Positions 38,101-53,732 of a DNA stretch of 64,000 nucleotides are shown here, piece by piece. The stretch lies in NCBI GenBank assembly GCA_965649765.1, contig OZ287750.1, positions 51,274,001 through 51,338,000 of the forward strand, in the 5' to 3' direction. Source of the stretch: Bispira polyomma (Eukaryota). The notes beneath the pieces are model-generated. The model was not told where the DNA came from and made no database searches. It worked only from the letters and a program-made list of their open reading frames with translations. A program made the translations under genes and the position numbers. Numbering within the stretch: the stretch's first letter is position 1; the number at the start of each line of letters is the position of its first letter.

Positions 38101-39494
38101 GATATTCAACTTGACCACCAAAAATGACAAGAAAGAGAATTTAAATGTGTCACTTTAAAATGTTAGCATTATTGGTGAAAATAGTTAAAATCATGACCAA
38201 GATACATTTTAAAGTTATAGCACATTCAAAACAGAAATCAGGGAAACAGAGTAAGACAAAATTAGACCTATATTGTTTAATATGGCGAAAATAATTTTGC
38301 TATGAAATTTAATTGTACACGTGTAAGTAAATCAGTATTCTTTAAATAAAAGTTGAACAGTTGAACGCATTTTAACAAGTACAAGAGTAAAAATTATCTG
38401 CAATTCCAAGGTAAGATATTGTAATTAGGATGCATGGTGAAATGTAAACAAAGCCCGAGGTGGTGAGTGCGATGTGTACTAAAAGACCAACGTTCTCCAG
38501 ATATGAAACCTTGGCTAAGGCTCATCCTCTATGTTACATACACACACCATATAAGTAGTGGACTTAATTATTGCTTTCTCAACAATGATTTTGTAGATTT
38601 AGTAATTACCAAACTTACCCCCACTAAAGTACATTCACTGCAACATATAAGACATGAAATGAGTTATCTACTGAGGTCATGTTTTTTTTTTTTGGATAGG
38701 GAACCGGAAGTCTACATATATTTAGGATAAAGTGGGGTTTTTCCCCAGTCTAAGTGTAAAACAACATGGACATATAATTCATATTTCAGTGAAGGACCAA
38801 CGCTGTTTTTCTCTATATACAGTATTATATTTTGGACATTTTTTTTATCTAACTACCGCCGCGCCAGGTAAGGAACAAGAAAGGTTCACCTAAAAGATGA
38901 GAGAGTTAACCCCGGGTAGAAAATAACAGTGGCGTGTTACCCGGAGTTCTACTGGGCAATGGTGACTCAGTGCAGGACAGATAACATTCTGCTCTGCATA
39001 GAGAAGGCTTATTGTTTACATACATAGTGATATGTACTGTAATATGTACTTTGGATTATTATTCTCCTTAACCAAAAAATAAAACTCCCGACTGGGGAGA
39101 CCGAACTCAAAACGTGTGGTTTTTAGCATCACCCAAGTGACATTTTATCAGTGTGTAAGTCAACATTCACACTTGGGCGGGTTTTAATATGAATAATAAT
39201 AATATTTGGATATTAATGTAGAGATAGGGGGAGGGGGAGGGGCTAGTGGGGTGCCAGTGCTGTCAGTGTATGCACTGGTGCTAAGGGTCACACTCGGACA
39301 AAGATAAAGGACGAATATACAGTAATACAAGAAAACTTTGCCCCAAAGTTTTAATAAATTACCTCACCTAGTAAACTATTTAAAGACCAGCAAATTATAA
39401 TTGTATTTTAAGTTACAAGCATCTAAATTAGAAATACAGCTGACTTTATAGGTTATATAAAAGAGAAAGCAATCTTGATATCCTTAAAGTTAAA

Positions 39495-39834
39495 GTGGTC
39501 TCTGTAGCCTAGCGGTTAGAGTGTCGAACTTTGGATCTGAGTGATCTCAGTACCCAGGTCTGATCCTCACTGCAGGCCTGGAGATTGTACCCTTTGACAA
39601 GGTACTTTACACAAAAGTTGTCCCTCTTTACCCGGGTGTATAAATGGGTACCTGCCCGCTTATGGGTGCTAGTCTTTGTGCGCCGTAAGTGGCAGCATGG
39701 CTGGTATGCTATCTGAGAGAGCTGAGATTGAACAATTGATTGACAAATGGAAGAACCCACGCTAGGGGTGTAAACTGTAAAGTCAACTGACACCTCACTA
39801 GAGGTGATATCAGACTAAAAACACATTTACATTT
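39495..39834 (+). mobile_element. SINE family 1, tail type A
   Basis: Full-length alignment to the 20194 copy. Confidence 0.85.
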
Positions 39835-41539
39835 AACTTGTCGGTTTTTTAAGAATTGTTTGGGTTTTTTTGGGGGGGTTGTACAGTACCCCTAGAAATC
39901 TAAACTGGTCCCCTAGGTATGACTGGTATGTTGATTGCACCTGGGCACCCCTGTCATGTTATACAGTACAGTGGCTTCAACCTCACAGCAGTAACTATGA
40001 CCAGAAGGGTTTTATTTAGTACACTGTTATGATATTCTGACTGACATACCCTTTACTGAAGGTATATACAGCAAGTCGTCTGGTGTTCCGGTAATATAAC
40101 GACTGTTTCAGTGAATAAATCTTAAAGTAGTAGTTCTTAGCCAGACTCCGGTTAGATATGGCAGGAAGTAGATGTATTTTTTTAAAAAGATTATGATCAT
40201 TGTTAAGAAGCATTTGGGAGCTACTGGGTGATTTCATAGTTATAGTGACCATTTTGTGAAGCAAATCAGATATTTGAGATTCCTTGACTATTTACAACTA
40301 ACGACTTTTCCTAAAGCTAACCCACTTACAGCTGAATTTAAGACACATTGGATCATTGATTGCATTATTAGGTGTACTTAATAAACATTGAATGCAGTAT
40401 TTTGATAGAGACAATGTGTAGTTGTTAAATATTATTAAGTGGTACTAATTTAGTTACACTATGACATCTGTAATAAAGAAGACCATGTGGAAGTAATTAA
40501 AGAAGAGACATCATCAATTCCATCTTATAATTGCAAGAAACATTATAATACTCTTTTATAATATATGACATGGATGAACATTTAATCCCACATATAGTAA
40601 AATATATAGAATATGACAGGGTATATAATTGGGCATATGACAACATTATTAAGAGATAATTTATGAGTTAAATAGAACATGACTTATCATTTGTGTTGAA
40701 AAATAGCATTTGGAGAATGCTGAAACCCCCCAAACATGAACTAAACGGCCTAGTTTCTAAAAACTATCCTGCACAAACTTTGTCAGCCATCACAAGCCCG
40801 CATATCCCGAGTAAAGGCTATGAGGTATAGAGTGGGTTTTTAGTGGGTTCTTTTAAAAAATGTTATAGACATATTCATGTATTAGTAAAAGATAAAAAAA
40901 GGCAAACTTATAACTTTCTGTTTAAAATTTTATTTTTCTGGTATATATGAAATTACATCGAACAGGGAAAAGTGCAACAAGTTTTTTTATTTCACATTTC
41001 GTTTTTTTAAAAAAATAATCTCACTTGAACCCTTATTGGTTGAAATGACTATACATCAGCAATCCAGATCAAATATATATAAATAACCATTACCTTAAGA
41101 ATAAATTACATTTACAATTTTGTAAAAAAAAATTTAATAAATCGATATTAAAAAACTAAGAGTTTTTACTACACATATTTTGTAAAAATCCTAAATTTGA
41201 TAAATGAATATTAAAAATAATAGAGTTTAATAGTAACTTTTTCAAAGCGGGTTACCCATGTACACTAAGGGATTTATATAACAGTGTCAAAAGGCTGTGT
41301 ACTAGAGAGAGGGACTTCGGTGTTATGACCGGAATGTAACGGTAAAATGTACATCATCTGTATACCAGAACTTGTCACGAAAAACAAGGGATCTTAATGC
41401 CATCAGCAGACCATCCCTTGAAGTACAATACAAGATTCATAATAACACATAGCAAAAAAGAACACCAGTTTTTGACATCCAAAAAAAGCAAGCCTTCATC
41501 GTTTAAGGTTCAGTCTAAAAGGCTTTTAGATATTCAACT

Positions 41540-42060
41540 ACACAACACTGAACCACACTACAAGGGACGACACACCACTGTACGACAGTAATATACACAC
41601 CAAACACGACACTACATAATCCATAGAAAGATATTAAACAATAGCTGAGATTTAAACCCCATATGAAGATTGTACACTGTACGCATTAATAAGGCGTTTA
41701 TTTTTAGATTTGCTGTGTCGTGTGGTGCAGTGTAGTGTCATGCTGGGACCCGTCTGACTAATCAATACATATGGTTCTTTACGACACAGTCAAAAATAGA
41801 AAATAAGACAATATATAGACATTATTTAGACTGGACACGTCACAGCATTTGAACTTGGAGAAATCCCCCCCAAAACGGTGTGTCGTTTCGTATTTCTATA
41901 TTTTTTGTGCACAAATGGCTGCAAAGGGAAATCCTCAATTTTGGCGATGTATTGATTACACATGGATTATGTAGTGTCGTGTTTCATGTGAATGGTACTG
42001 CCGTATGGAGCCACACTGTCCCCTTTAGTGTTGTGACGTGTCATCACTGGTGTAAAAAGC
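41540..42060. mobile_element. Degenerate foldback/MITE
   Basis: Perfect 23-bp inverted pair AAACACGACACTACATAATCCAT (41602-41624) / 41962-41984, with weaker inverted similarity extending outward. Confidence 0.6.
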
Positions 42061-44957
42061 CCTTAAAGCTGTAAGAAAAGCTCTGTATATGTTTTTCAGA
42101 GGGTGATTATGAGATTTTGATTTGGATGTTAAAATGTCAATTAAAAGGGTATCTAAGCTTGTAGTTGATGTCACCAAAATTGATTTATTCACCAATTTAA
42201 AAAAAAAAAAACAGAAATGCTTCAAGAAATCAATGATAATTTCAAATTACCCTGTAAAATACTAATATTTTCTTCCCAAAGAAAAGCATTTAGTCATTAC
42301 AGACTAAAGCATTCCTTCTGGATTGTTGCAGTCCGTATTTCCTTCACATAAAATTTATATTATGATGATTCACTCTATTTTTTTTATCATACACATTATA
42401 TATAATCACAGACTTAGTAGTGTACTGAGAATCCCTTCTTCCTGATAATAACACAAAAAACTAGTTATTATTATAAGATCTCCATACACAAACACTGCTG
42501 CCAAGCTTTTCAAAACACTTACCAAGTCTAAATAGTTTTTAGAAGAAGCCTGCTACCGTTTCATCTTCGGAGTTTTCAAATTAGATTAGTTCAAATGCAG
42601 TCAAGTTCTTTTAAAATGTTTTCAATTTGAACATCTGAAAGTGGGAAAAATCTCAGCTGTCTTATCTTTTTATAGATATATATATATATATATATATATT
42701 ACTAGTATACAACATATTTTTAAGGGAGAGAGCTAGAGACCCTTTAACATTTAAATCAGACCCCAAGGCTATATGGATGGGAAAATACCAGCCTTGTATT
42801 ATTATATTGAGGAAATATCTAAAGAGAATAGGATTCCTTTTTCCTATTATCTTTAATAATAAACATGAGTTTTAAATACATCTCTATTAACTAGTGGTTT
42901 AAAATAAGGATATATTGTGTGCATTCTTGTTTTGTTCTTAGATTTTTACGTACACATCATTTTATATATGATATTATATTTGTACCTACTGAATACTTTA
43001 TACAGAAAAGGCCTTGTATTATTATAATTTTTGTTGAATATGAAAGTTTACATTTTTGAATTGCAAGCATTTCACGTCAGCAGATAACACCTTTACATAA
43101 ACATCACACAATGATAACATTCCTGTGTAAATGTAGCAAATGTAATTCTTCTTTTTCTTGCTGTCTTTTATTGTCAAAAAACCTGTTGTGTTTTTTGTTT
43201 CACTCATACATCCACACATACACCAAGGCAGCTGTCTACTAGCCTATCACCTAGAGGGTGCTGATTGTTGCATATCTCCTCCACACTTCACTACACACAA
43301 GCTACACACTACTCTTGTTACTGTACTGGATTATATAACACATACTACTATAACTACAACTATCTGATTTATGTACTACATATATTCTATAAGAGGTTCT
43401 GTCTTTTATGATATATAAAAATATGCTGAAAAAAAGGAATTTCAAAAGAAACAGACACGTTAGAGAATTGGACTGGGTAGAAGTTTAGTGTAGACAACTT
43501 GACGTGTAGATGTCTAAAGGTAACTGACATGTTTGTGATAAAGAGAAGCTCTGGTAAGGTTTTAGGTACTAATAACAAATCAACAAGAGCTGTCTTTTTA
43601 AAAAGACACAGGCGCACTAACGTTGATATGACCACTACATACTCAGGCAAATCTGACACCCCGTCAGTTTGGACGGATCGATTGATTCCAACCAATCCAT
43701 GAAGGCCTTACATAATATTTCTAAGATGGTGGTGCTCTTTTCCACATTAGCACCCTTTTTTAGAATGAAATCAACTACAGGCCGAGCCTGATAAAAAGAC
43801 ACCTGTATATCCCAAGGCTGTAAAAATGATACAGTTTTCTGTGTCTATGTTTTTTTTGGAGGGGGATGCGAACCAATTTAAATGAATACACAGTTTCTAT
43901 AATCTTATCTTTGGCTACTTTTTCCTCTTCCATAATATAGTTTTTACATTTTATATTTCCTGTCTTGCTTTGCAGAAATGATTAGGTTTGACAAATTGTG
44001 TGGGGTTTTAGAGTTATTTGTATGAGAGAATTTAGAAGTTTTACTGCCCAGATAAAATTATTGAAAAGCAAACAAATCTGGTGTGAAAGAGTAAAAAAGG
44101 CCTGCCAAATGAATCTGTTGGTTTCCACCTAATCTGAAACCAACAGAAAGTGTGTTTACCCAGAAAGGATGCAATGGATTTTATGCGAGGTTCATTTTCC
44201 AAATATTATAGCCAGGAAGTGATGTGAAAGGTAATACTGACCCCCAGAGTCTGTGATAAGATATATAGCTGTTTTTTTCTGAGTCATTTGGTTCTGCATC
44301 TATTTGTTCATATCATGTTTGTGTCTTTTATGTTTTGAAAGTTGTCAGCTGGGTAAACTGACAGTGAATAATCCTCCCAAAGCTATAGCCCATCTTAATA
44401 TTGGTCAAAGCGGAAATTGGACTCCAACATATATATGTATATATTTCATCAGTTACAATTTCACATCTCGTACCAAAAGAACCAAATCTCAAAATACCCT
44501 TGATAAACATGATATTGTCTGGTGAGAGTTTTAGCTTTTTAGTTCATAAACTAATGTTTGGTACAAACAGCTTCTGTTTTCACCTGTGTCTGTTGGTTTG
44601 TGTCACCAAGATTACAGCCAAACTACTGCATTACTTTACCTAAAGTTTGCTGAGAGATGGGGCATGGACCGATAATCAAATAAAAAATTTTGCAATGAGA
44701 ATTACTGTAGAAAGGCAGATCCATGAATTTCCCGTTTTATGTCCTGATTTCCTCCATCAGTGAACTGCCTGTCCCGATATTTTACAAATGGATTGAAAAC
44801 CAAATTAAACTCAAGCTAAATGACGAAACCCAGTAAAAATTAGTAATATATAGAAGTATAAATATTGACTAACTTGTACACCAGTATTTACTCAGATAAT
44901 TAATCAATGTGTACCAAGTTACTTACATGTATACCAGCACAAGTACTTAGATACACA

Positions 44958-45686
44958 ACCAATACTTACTTAGTGACATACTATTATACATACCAATACT
45001 TACTGAGTGACATACTATTATGCACACCAATACTTATTGAGTGACATACTATTATACATACCAATACTTACTGAGTGACTTACTATTATACACAACCAAT
45101 ACTTACTGAGTGACATACTATTATACACACCAATATTTACTGAGTGACATACTATTATACACCCCAATACTTACTAAGTGACACACTATTATACACACCA
45201 ATACTTACTAAGTGACATATTATTATACATGCCAATATTTACTGAGTGACTTACTATTATACATACCAATACTTACTGAGTGACATACTATTATGCACAC
45301 CAATACCTATTGAGTGACATAGTATTATACATACCAATACTTACTGAGTGACATACTATTTTGCACACCAATACTTACTGAGTGATATACTATTATACAT
45401 ACTAATACTTACTGAATGATATACTATTATACATACTAATACTTACTGAGTGATATACTATTATACATACTAATACTTACTGAGTGACATACTATTTTGC
45501 ACACCAATACTTACTGAGTGATATACTATTATACATACTAATACTTACTTAGTGACATACTATTATACAAACCAATACTTACTGAGTGATATACTATTAT
45601 ACATACCAATACTTACTTAGTGATATACTATTACACACACCAATACTTACTGAGTGATATACTATTATACATACTAATACTTACTA
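44958..45686. repeat. 34-bp minisatellite, about 21 copies
   Basis: Unit ACCAATACTTACTGAGTGACATACTATTATACAY at 44958, 44992, 45026 and onward. Confidence 0.95.
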
Positions 45687-47291
45687 TACCACTATCTCGT
45701 AAGAACATTAAACCAGAACCCAAGTATCTTATGTCAATTGGACTGTGTTCTGCACCAAACCATCACAACCACCAGATCATAGAATGTACGACACAGAGCC
45801 AATCAGAACCCCCAGCCAGTCTCACTGTGAATGACATTCCTGTACAAATTTGCATTGAAAGTATATATCCCGAGATGTTTGTGTGTTTTTATTTTATATA
45901 ATTAAGCAAGAACACATGCAAATGTCTTTTTAAAAAATATTGTCTGATTAAAGAATCTCCGTGTGATCTTTTATGCATAATGCATTTTAGGTTTCTGTTA
46001 CTAATGATTACAGTAGTTGTATTTATAAAAACAAGATTTTTTAGAAATAAACAACCACATTAGAATTAATTTGAGCTTTTTCAGGTAATGAATATAAAAA
46101 AATGAATTCTCAGTGAAAAACTTGTATTTGACATTTTAACTAAAATATATTTCATTTGAACTTCTTTCAAAAATTGTAAAGGTGTCTAACTTTTTTGGCC
46201 CACAAAATGCAATTTTTTTCAACTATTAGTTAAATAATGTATATGTTTAATATTTTATTTAAACTAATGATAAAAAGATTTTAATTTGATTGTATTTTGT
46301 AGGGCAAACATACAGAGGCCTCACAGGGAGCATTCCTTATTGAAAAGTTTCTTCAAGCCAAAAATCCCACTTCCTTTTTTCATTTTGATAAAATGCCCAC
46401 TTCCACACCATCTATATCAGTGACAATGTCTGTTAGATTATCACCAGGATCCCCTAGTCACGATCGCCTCTCTCTGATCATGTGTGATTATATCAATAAA
46501 AAGCTCTCACCTTTCACACTTATCTCTGTAAATTCAGGGAGGCTTCTGTCAAACTTCATGGCACCATGTATATATATATATATGCCATAGCCTTGGCTAA
46601 GTCTCCTCAATGCTTTGAAATAATATTCAATTCTCATAACTATAGGCAAGCAATAAAAAATGTTTGTTACCAGACAGAGGGAGTCGTGATGGACAAAAAT
46701 GTGTCAGGTAAGATAATCTTTTTTGATAGAGATAGGCATCTTCTAAAGTACAACATGAGAAGTGATAAACCATTAATCATGATCCATTCATTATTCATAA
46801 TGCATAGCCAATTTGGACGTCATTAGTACTCAATGATGTGTTCACATCCTGTCCAAAAGGATGTTATCCTCCAAATGACCAATATTGTACAACCAGGAGT
46901 CCAATGGAAGACCTTGAAATAAAATTGAATATGACACTTTTGTTATAGTGCACTTTTTCAACACAGTGTCCTTTTAAATGTACTTCTTCGAGGGCACCCA
47001 CAATGGGCGCCGAGGCTTGCTTGAGGAAGACCATTTGATCAACAACCAGAAGCATCTTTACTCTGCCACTGGAGACACAGTACACAGTGAAAGAGGACCA
47101 CCATTTTAAGTGATTATGGACCTTCTGATGACCAGATAAAATACTTGTCCACAGAAGACAGTGACCTAATTCAGTGTCAATTGGATACAGTAGTAGTCTG
47201 GACATGACATTGAAGAGGGACAAGGTAAAATTCCAATAGCCTAAAAGGGAAGTAAGGTGAATGAAAGAGTTGATGAGTGAAAAAAAATATT

Positions 47292-47618
47292 GGTGTAGGT
47301 TTATAGTCTGATATCAACTCTATTGAGGTGTCAGCCGACTTAACAGTTTACACCCCTGCCTGGGTTATGCCACTTGTCAACAAATTGTTCAGTCTCAGCT
47401 CCCTCGGGAAGCATACTAGCCGTGCTGCCACATGCGGTGCACAAAGATAAACACCCATTAGTGGCCAGGTACCCATTAATACACTTAGGTAGAGATGGAC
47501 AACTTTTTGTGTCGAGCACCTTGTCCGAGGGTACAATCTCCAGGTCTGCAGCGAGGATCGAACCTGGGCTCTCAAATCTAAAGTCCGACACTCTAACCAC
47601 TATATACCATAGAGACCA
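47292..47618 (-). mobile_element. SINE family 1, tail type A
   Basis: Reverse complement of the family; B box GGTTCGATCC is intact. Confidence 0.85.
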
Positions 47619-50600
47619 TGACACAATACTAAACTACAAGAGGCCCTTGTGTAAGACTCCTACTATTAGCTTGTAGTCCCTGATTACTATAGCATACTAA
47701 TTAGATATGTGAATATGTTCACCTATCTGTATAATCCATTGTACATAAATGTGCTCTATTTTACATTTTTTAAATTTGTTTCTAAATCAGGTGAGATTTG
47801 GTGACCAAGTTGAGTCTACAGCAAGGCTAAGACCCTCCACCTATTGCCGTGTGTGTGTGTGTGTGTGTGTGTGTGACAGGTCCAGACCACACACACAGAT
47901 GAGTCCAATGTATTGTCCACCCAACCACCCCTGTGTATGGGTGTGTGTGTATCTGTGTGTTATAGAGAGATACCATATAGAATACTGCTAACAGTCATGT
48001 TCCGCTCATTGAAAATGTAGATTACTAGATGTGGAACAGATAGTCATGGATTTACCCACAGTGTGTGAAGAGAGGGGAGAGGGGGAGTGGGGAAGTGTGT
48101 GTGTGGGGGGGGGAGGTTAGGATTCCACATAAATCACTGGACATATTCTCCACCTAAGAAAAAAGACAAAAACTCGAACTCCATTTCAAGGGTCCCTATA
48201 TCTGTGGCTATAGTGGAATTAAAGTAAAGGACAACTGCATATTTTGCATTAAGCACTGAATCTCTATTAAATTGAATGGTCACAACTACATAAGTTATTT
48301 CCATTATACATATATATCTCTGGGAGTTGCACATAGCCATGAGTTAAGCTTGAGCCTCGAGTTTTCTTAAATTAGAGAATATTGCCCCTTCTTTACAGAG
48401 AGAGAGAGAGAGAGAGACATGAACTCTTTATAACTAATAACAGTATACTCAGACCTCAAAGTGTGGTACCACCTCACCTCACAAGTATTATAGGAACTCA
48501 GTTTGACACATATAACCACAAACTACAAAAGGATTCCATGACATCAGTTGTATGCTAGGATCTGTTACAATTTTTATAAATTTAGTTTATATTTAAAAAA
48601 ACATGGGTGGTATATTTTTTTTCCTACTCACTTTGGGTAGTGTATTTAAGGGTAGTTCAAAGTACGATCATGAGCACACATATAGCAAAACAAAATTACT
48701 AGCATTTAAAAAGAAATCATGAATATATATACACTAGCCCCGGGGGCGGCCATTTTACACACATACTTACACCTCACAAAGTGTTTACAAGTGTAGAATG
48801 GAGTTCTATTAGCTCATGTACCCAGAACAGCGATACTTGATCCGGCTATTTTACACATCCACAACCTTCCAATCTTGATCCTGTTTCATCCTAGGGACAA
48901 GGAACTCCCTAATTGATCCTACAAACACCAGCTATCTTGTTGTTATTCTATGTTATTATTTATACCCTAGCCAGTTTTTTCCCCGTCTTTAGATAACATA
49001 GCACCCGTTTGTATAGTGGTAGTAGTAGCAGTTAGTAGTAGTAGCACATGTTTTAAGTGTCACTGGATCCCGTATACTGGGCCTCCTATCAGTAGATGTT
49101 AATTAGGCCGGGTGACAGTTAGGCTGTCGCCGTGAAATTGATGGCGACTGTCTGGATAGATGTACAAAGAATCGTGTTCTTGCAAGTATTGAGGCTCAAA
49201 AGTCGAAGGACTGAACGAAATTAGTTATTAAAAGGGGCTTTCCTCCTCACCTTTTAATTATAGTATTTCCTGGAACTTGTGACCATTCATTTTAAATGAA
49301 GGTTTCAACTGGGATGTAATGACAGTCGGTAAAAGTTTAGACTTATTTAAATTGGTATAATTATGCATAAGTATCAAGGAGTTACAGGGACATTTTAAGT
49401 TTAGTGTTTTAGTATGTGCCTAAACAAGAAAGGTTATTAAGAATATATATAAGGTTCAAGGCTACGGTTGCAACCAAACCCCTTTGGTAATCAGTTTTGT
49501 GATCCTGATGGGTCCTTTGAGCAACTAGATACAGACGTGTGTATGTGTGTGTATATTTTTACATATCTCTACACAGAGTATTATCTTTAATGTAGGATCC
49601 TTTTACATCCCATTATTTTAACACCTTATGTCCGCATGACAGACATTCTTGGTAATGTTTTTATAACATGAGTATTATTAGATGGAACATATATGACCTG
49701 TCATTCCTTGTCTGAATGTGTAAATTCTCTCCTAAACTTGTCAAAGATAACACCACATTTTTATAAACTAATATAAACTTAATACATATTTTGCAATGAG
49801 ATACTTTATACTGAGGAACAAAGAAGTTGGAAAATACATCTGATCAAACAGATTATTTATGCACCTCTTTTAGTATAAAAGTAATGATGTCATCCTTTTT
49901 TAATGAAATTTTATGTTGCTTAATCACCATTCCTGTCATTCTTTTTTTATATTATTAAATAACTTCCTTGATATAATAGAAACTACTCATCACAGAATTA
50001 CACATTCACACTTACCGTGTCTGTACAATAAAGGCCACATTTCATATATATACCGATGACTTTGCCTTCTTCAGTTCCGTTTTTGACTTTTTAATATATT
50101 GTCAACCTTTTTCTGCCTCTTTTTTATTTCACAGTAATACACAGATACAAATAACAAAATATATAACAATTCTATGACAGGAAATACTGTCTGAACCTAT
50201 GCATTAGCAGGATTAATGACTTGTCTGCTACTATAATTGTGTGCAAAAAAAGAAACAGACATATTTTCAAATGTTGGCCTGAGGTGTTTTGTAGTAATCA
50301 AAGCAAGACATCAGATGAAAAGAAATAAAGACATGTTTATATGGAGCCCACCATTAACATTTCACACAACAAACCTTAACCTACAAAATCTTGACAATGT
50401 TTCTCTGTTACTTTTTTTCCCTTTTCTTTTCTTTTGTTTTTATTTCCCAGATCTAAATTCATTCATTAATTTATAAAGTAATTTATACTCCCACTCCCTT
50501 CTCTTAAAATAATTTATACTAGATGAAACATTAAACAACTGTCTGTATCAGACTCTATAGACATCCCACTTCCCATCCACAACCCCCTCCCCATCCCCTC

Positions 50601-51194
50601 CCTTTTCAGTCCTTATCACAGGGATCATTAATAAGCTGGCTCATTTCTCACATCCTTAGGGCATGTGTGTCCTGTAATTTGCCCCCTTTCTACAGCCTTG
50701 ATTTACAACTTTCTGAAGTCTTCTGGTTTCAAGTGTGTTTTATTTATCTACAGATAAAATTGATGCATACTGCAAATTACATTTCATTGTTTTACTGTAA
50801 TGCTGTTCCAAAAGCAACAAATTAAAAATTGCATTTTGTCTTCATCTAAAAAAAACAACCTAATTGCACATGTTTTTACATACTATTTAATTAATCCTCC
50901 AGTTTCCAGGTTTGTAATGACAATGAGAAATGTTAATGTTAGTTTTTGGTTAACTTTTTCCCCAATCTTATACTTTATTTATATTTACCCCTCAAATGAG
51001 TGTCTTGTTACCTCTACCAATGACGGAGGGATGTGCTCTACTGAGTGTTCTTCTGATTACACAGTAACCTTTCTTTACCACTGGGAGCCTCTGATATTTC
51101 ATCATCAAGTAAAAACTTCTCCATACCAACAGTGTATGGTAAAGTTGTATGTTGGCTTGTTGGATGGAACATGGTTTGTTGCAAGACTTGGAGT

Positions 51195-51495
51195 TGGTAT
51201 TATGCTGGCCTAGCAGTGAGATGGTCAGACTTTGTATCTGAGTGACCTGATTACCTGAGAGCCCGGTTTGATCCTCGCTGCAGGCCTGGTGATTGTACTC
51301 TTGGACAAGGTGCTTCACACAAAGTTAGTCTTTGTGCGCTATATGTGACAGCATGGCTAGTATGCTTCCTGAGGGAGCTGAGACTGAACAATTGGTTGAC
51401 AAGTGGATGAACCCAAGCTCGGGGTGTAAACTGTAAAGTCGGCTGAGATCTCAATAGAGGTTATATCAGACTATAAACCTACACATATTTACATT
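51195..51495 (+). mobile_element. SINE family 1, tail type A, with an ~50-bp central deletion
   Basis: Joins CACAAAGT directly to TAGTCTTTG, lacking the TGTATAAATGGGTACC block. Confidence 0.8.
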
Positions 51496-53732
51496 ATTTG
51501 ATTCATTTTATGCCAAACTCTGCAAACAATGTTTTATCATAAATAACTAAATACTAAAATTAAATTAATTTAAAATTTAAAATGTTTCGGCTAAAACCAA
51601 TACTATAGGAACTAGGACCATCTCTAAGATTTGCTTCTGCAATATGCTAGACTATATGACTTTGGCCAAACCAGACATCTGAGTATGTCATGTCAAACAA
51701 ATTATGACATTAATATAGATTTATAGGCATTAGAACACTCTGTTATTAAAGTGTGTCAAACAAACTGGTCAAGAGAAGTGACCCCTGTGATTGTAAACAT
51801 GGGAGTCAGTGTGGGAGGCACATTTAAACTGCATTACTACAGCCCCATACAGCTTCTATCAAAACACTAGGACAAGCCTGGGAGAACATGTATATGTATA
51901 TCCCTACTACTAGTAACATAATCTGAATGTGTCTCTCTCTCACCCTCAAGCTTTCCCACTGTCCCCAAAGGCAATATGTATAACACAAGAATAACACACA
52001 GCTTCTATAATAGCTGGGACAATGTGTGTTGTGGCTTGTTGATGGTCCATTGGCATAGAAGGTAAACAGTTTGTAAAAGACAGCAGATCCCTGTCAAACA
52101 TAGAGTAAACACACTGGTGTTTACAGCAGTAGCTGGCTGATTTCATGGCCATGTGCACCTGTCAGGCCTGACAATAACATGCAGACCACTAGATTAGGGG
52201 GACAATTTCACACCGTCTCTTAGGGTGTGTTGTCAGGGATTGATGGCCAGGTGGCGCTTCTGCTGTAAAAGTTGTCAATATACTCCATATGTGAAAAATC
52301 CATGCTTTTGTTGTTTCACACCATTCAGTATGATAAATAATAAAAAGGATACTAGTAATAATACTGGCAACTTTGGTATTTAATAATAAGCAATGCAACC
52401 AAAACAAGAACAGCAGTAAGTTAGTTGGTCTTAATGTTGGTCCAGCATATAACAGCTATGGAAACACATCGTGTCGTGGGCCGGACAACTTGTATGGTAC
52501 ATGTATTCGATTAGCCATACAAATACACAGTAATCTTTCAATACAGTACATCCCCATCAGGGATGTGATGGCATTTAGAAAAATTACATTTCAATGTTAG
52601 TAGATGTACTGTATAGACCGTATATATGTGAGCAATTCATGTACAACTGTAATTCTGTGCACATAACCAACCTCTGTAACCCTCAACAATTATTTAACCT
52701 TCACCACGTGCCAAAATGGTCAAGGTTGCTCTGACCATCCGCAAAAAGACATAGCCATAGCCAACACACTAAAATCAAGTACCACAGTTCCTGTAATAAG
52801 ATCAAATACCCTGGATTTCTTCAACCAGGAATTCATTTTAAACTTTGCTGTAATTGTGTTAAAGGTCACATCTTCCCTTAATATATGTATGTACAATAAA
52901 AAACCCACCCAGTTGATTCACCAGATGACTAACTTAAGACTGGTAAGAAGATGTAGGAAATGAGTTTAGAGGACTCGTGTTATCACCAGATAGCTATGTT
53001 GTTTTTAGGGTATATCATTTGACAGTTTCTTCCAGTGAAGATAATGTAACATACTGCAAAACAAAACATTGATAGTGTAGAGTAAACATTGACAGGAATC
53101 ATAGGCTGCTCCCTTAATATATTGTTGTATGTGGACTTCCTTGTTTGTAGAAATGTCTGAAGTACATTCATATTTACCAAAAAAATGTTAAAAAAAACTT
53201 TCTCTCACTGTGAAAGTAGATGTCTGAAATAATGATACCTCCCTAACTATTTTAATAGCAGGGGCGGAATAGGGGGAGAGAGGGAGAAAAAAATGAGCTA
53301 GCTTAATCATCAGGTAATTTAGGGAATAAATAAACACAGATGTTACAGTGGCAAATTAGAAGGTAGTAATTAGATAAGCATTGTTTTAGGCAGGTATTAC
53401 ATCTCTAATCCAAATAGCAGTCTTGTTGAGTTTCAGCTTTGAGTTTTTTGTGTTTGTGTGTTACAAGCAGGCTGTTGATGAGTCAGGTTTGTAGAAGTTT
53501 GGAATGTGGCGACAGGGAGCATGCATGTTTTGATTTGTGGGGCCGTCACCCAGCGTGATTCTATCAATAAACAAACAGTCCCGATAAATACATGCTCCCC
53601 GCCTTCTTCCTGGAGGTGTATGACATAAACACATGCATGGTGGTTTTGTGGTACATTACAACAAGTTAGCCTTCATGAGGCTAGCGATGGGGAAAAGGGT
53701 GAGGTATTTATTGTAGAATATACTCTACCTAA

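Noticed and set aside
44958-45686. 34-bp repeats resembling a CRISPR array in unit size
   Set aside because: Units are head-to-tail with no unique spacers, there are no cas genes, and the context is eukaryotic.
46864-47223. 119-aa minus-strand ORF; similarly 50800..51213, 25135..25527 and 43387..43695
   Set aside because: No motifs or exon-like boundaries; lengths are compatible with chance.
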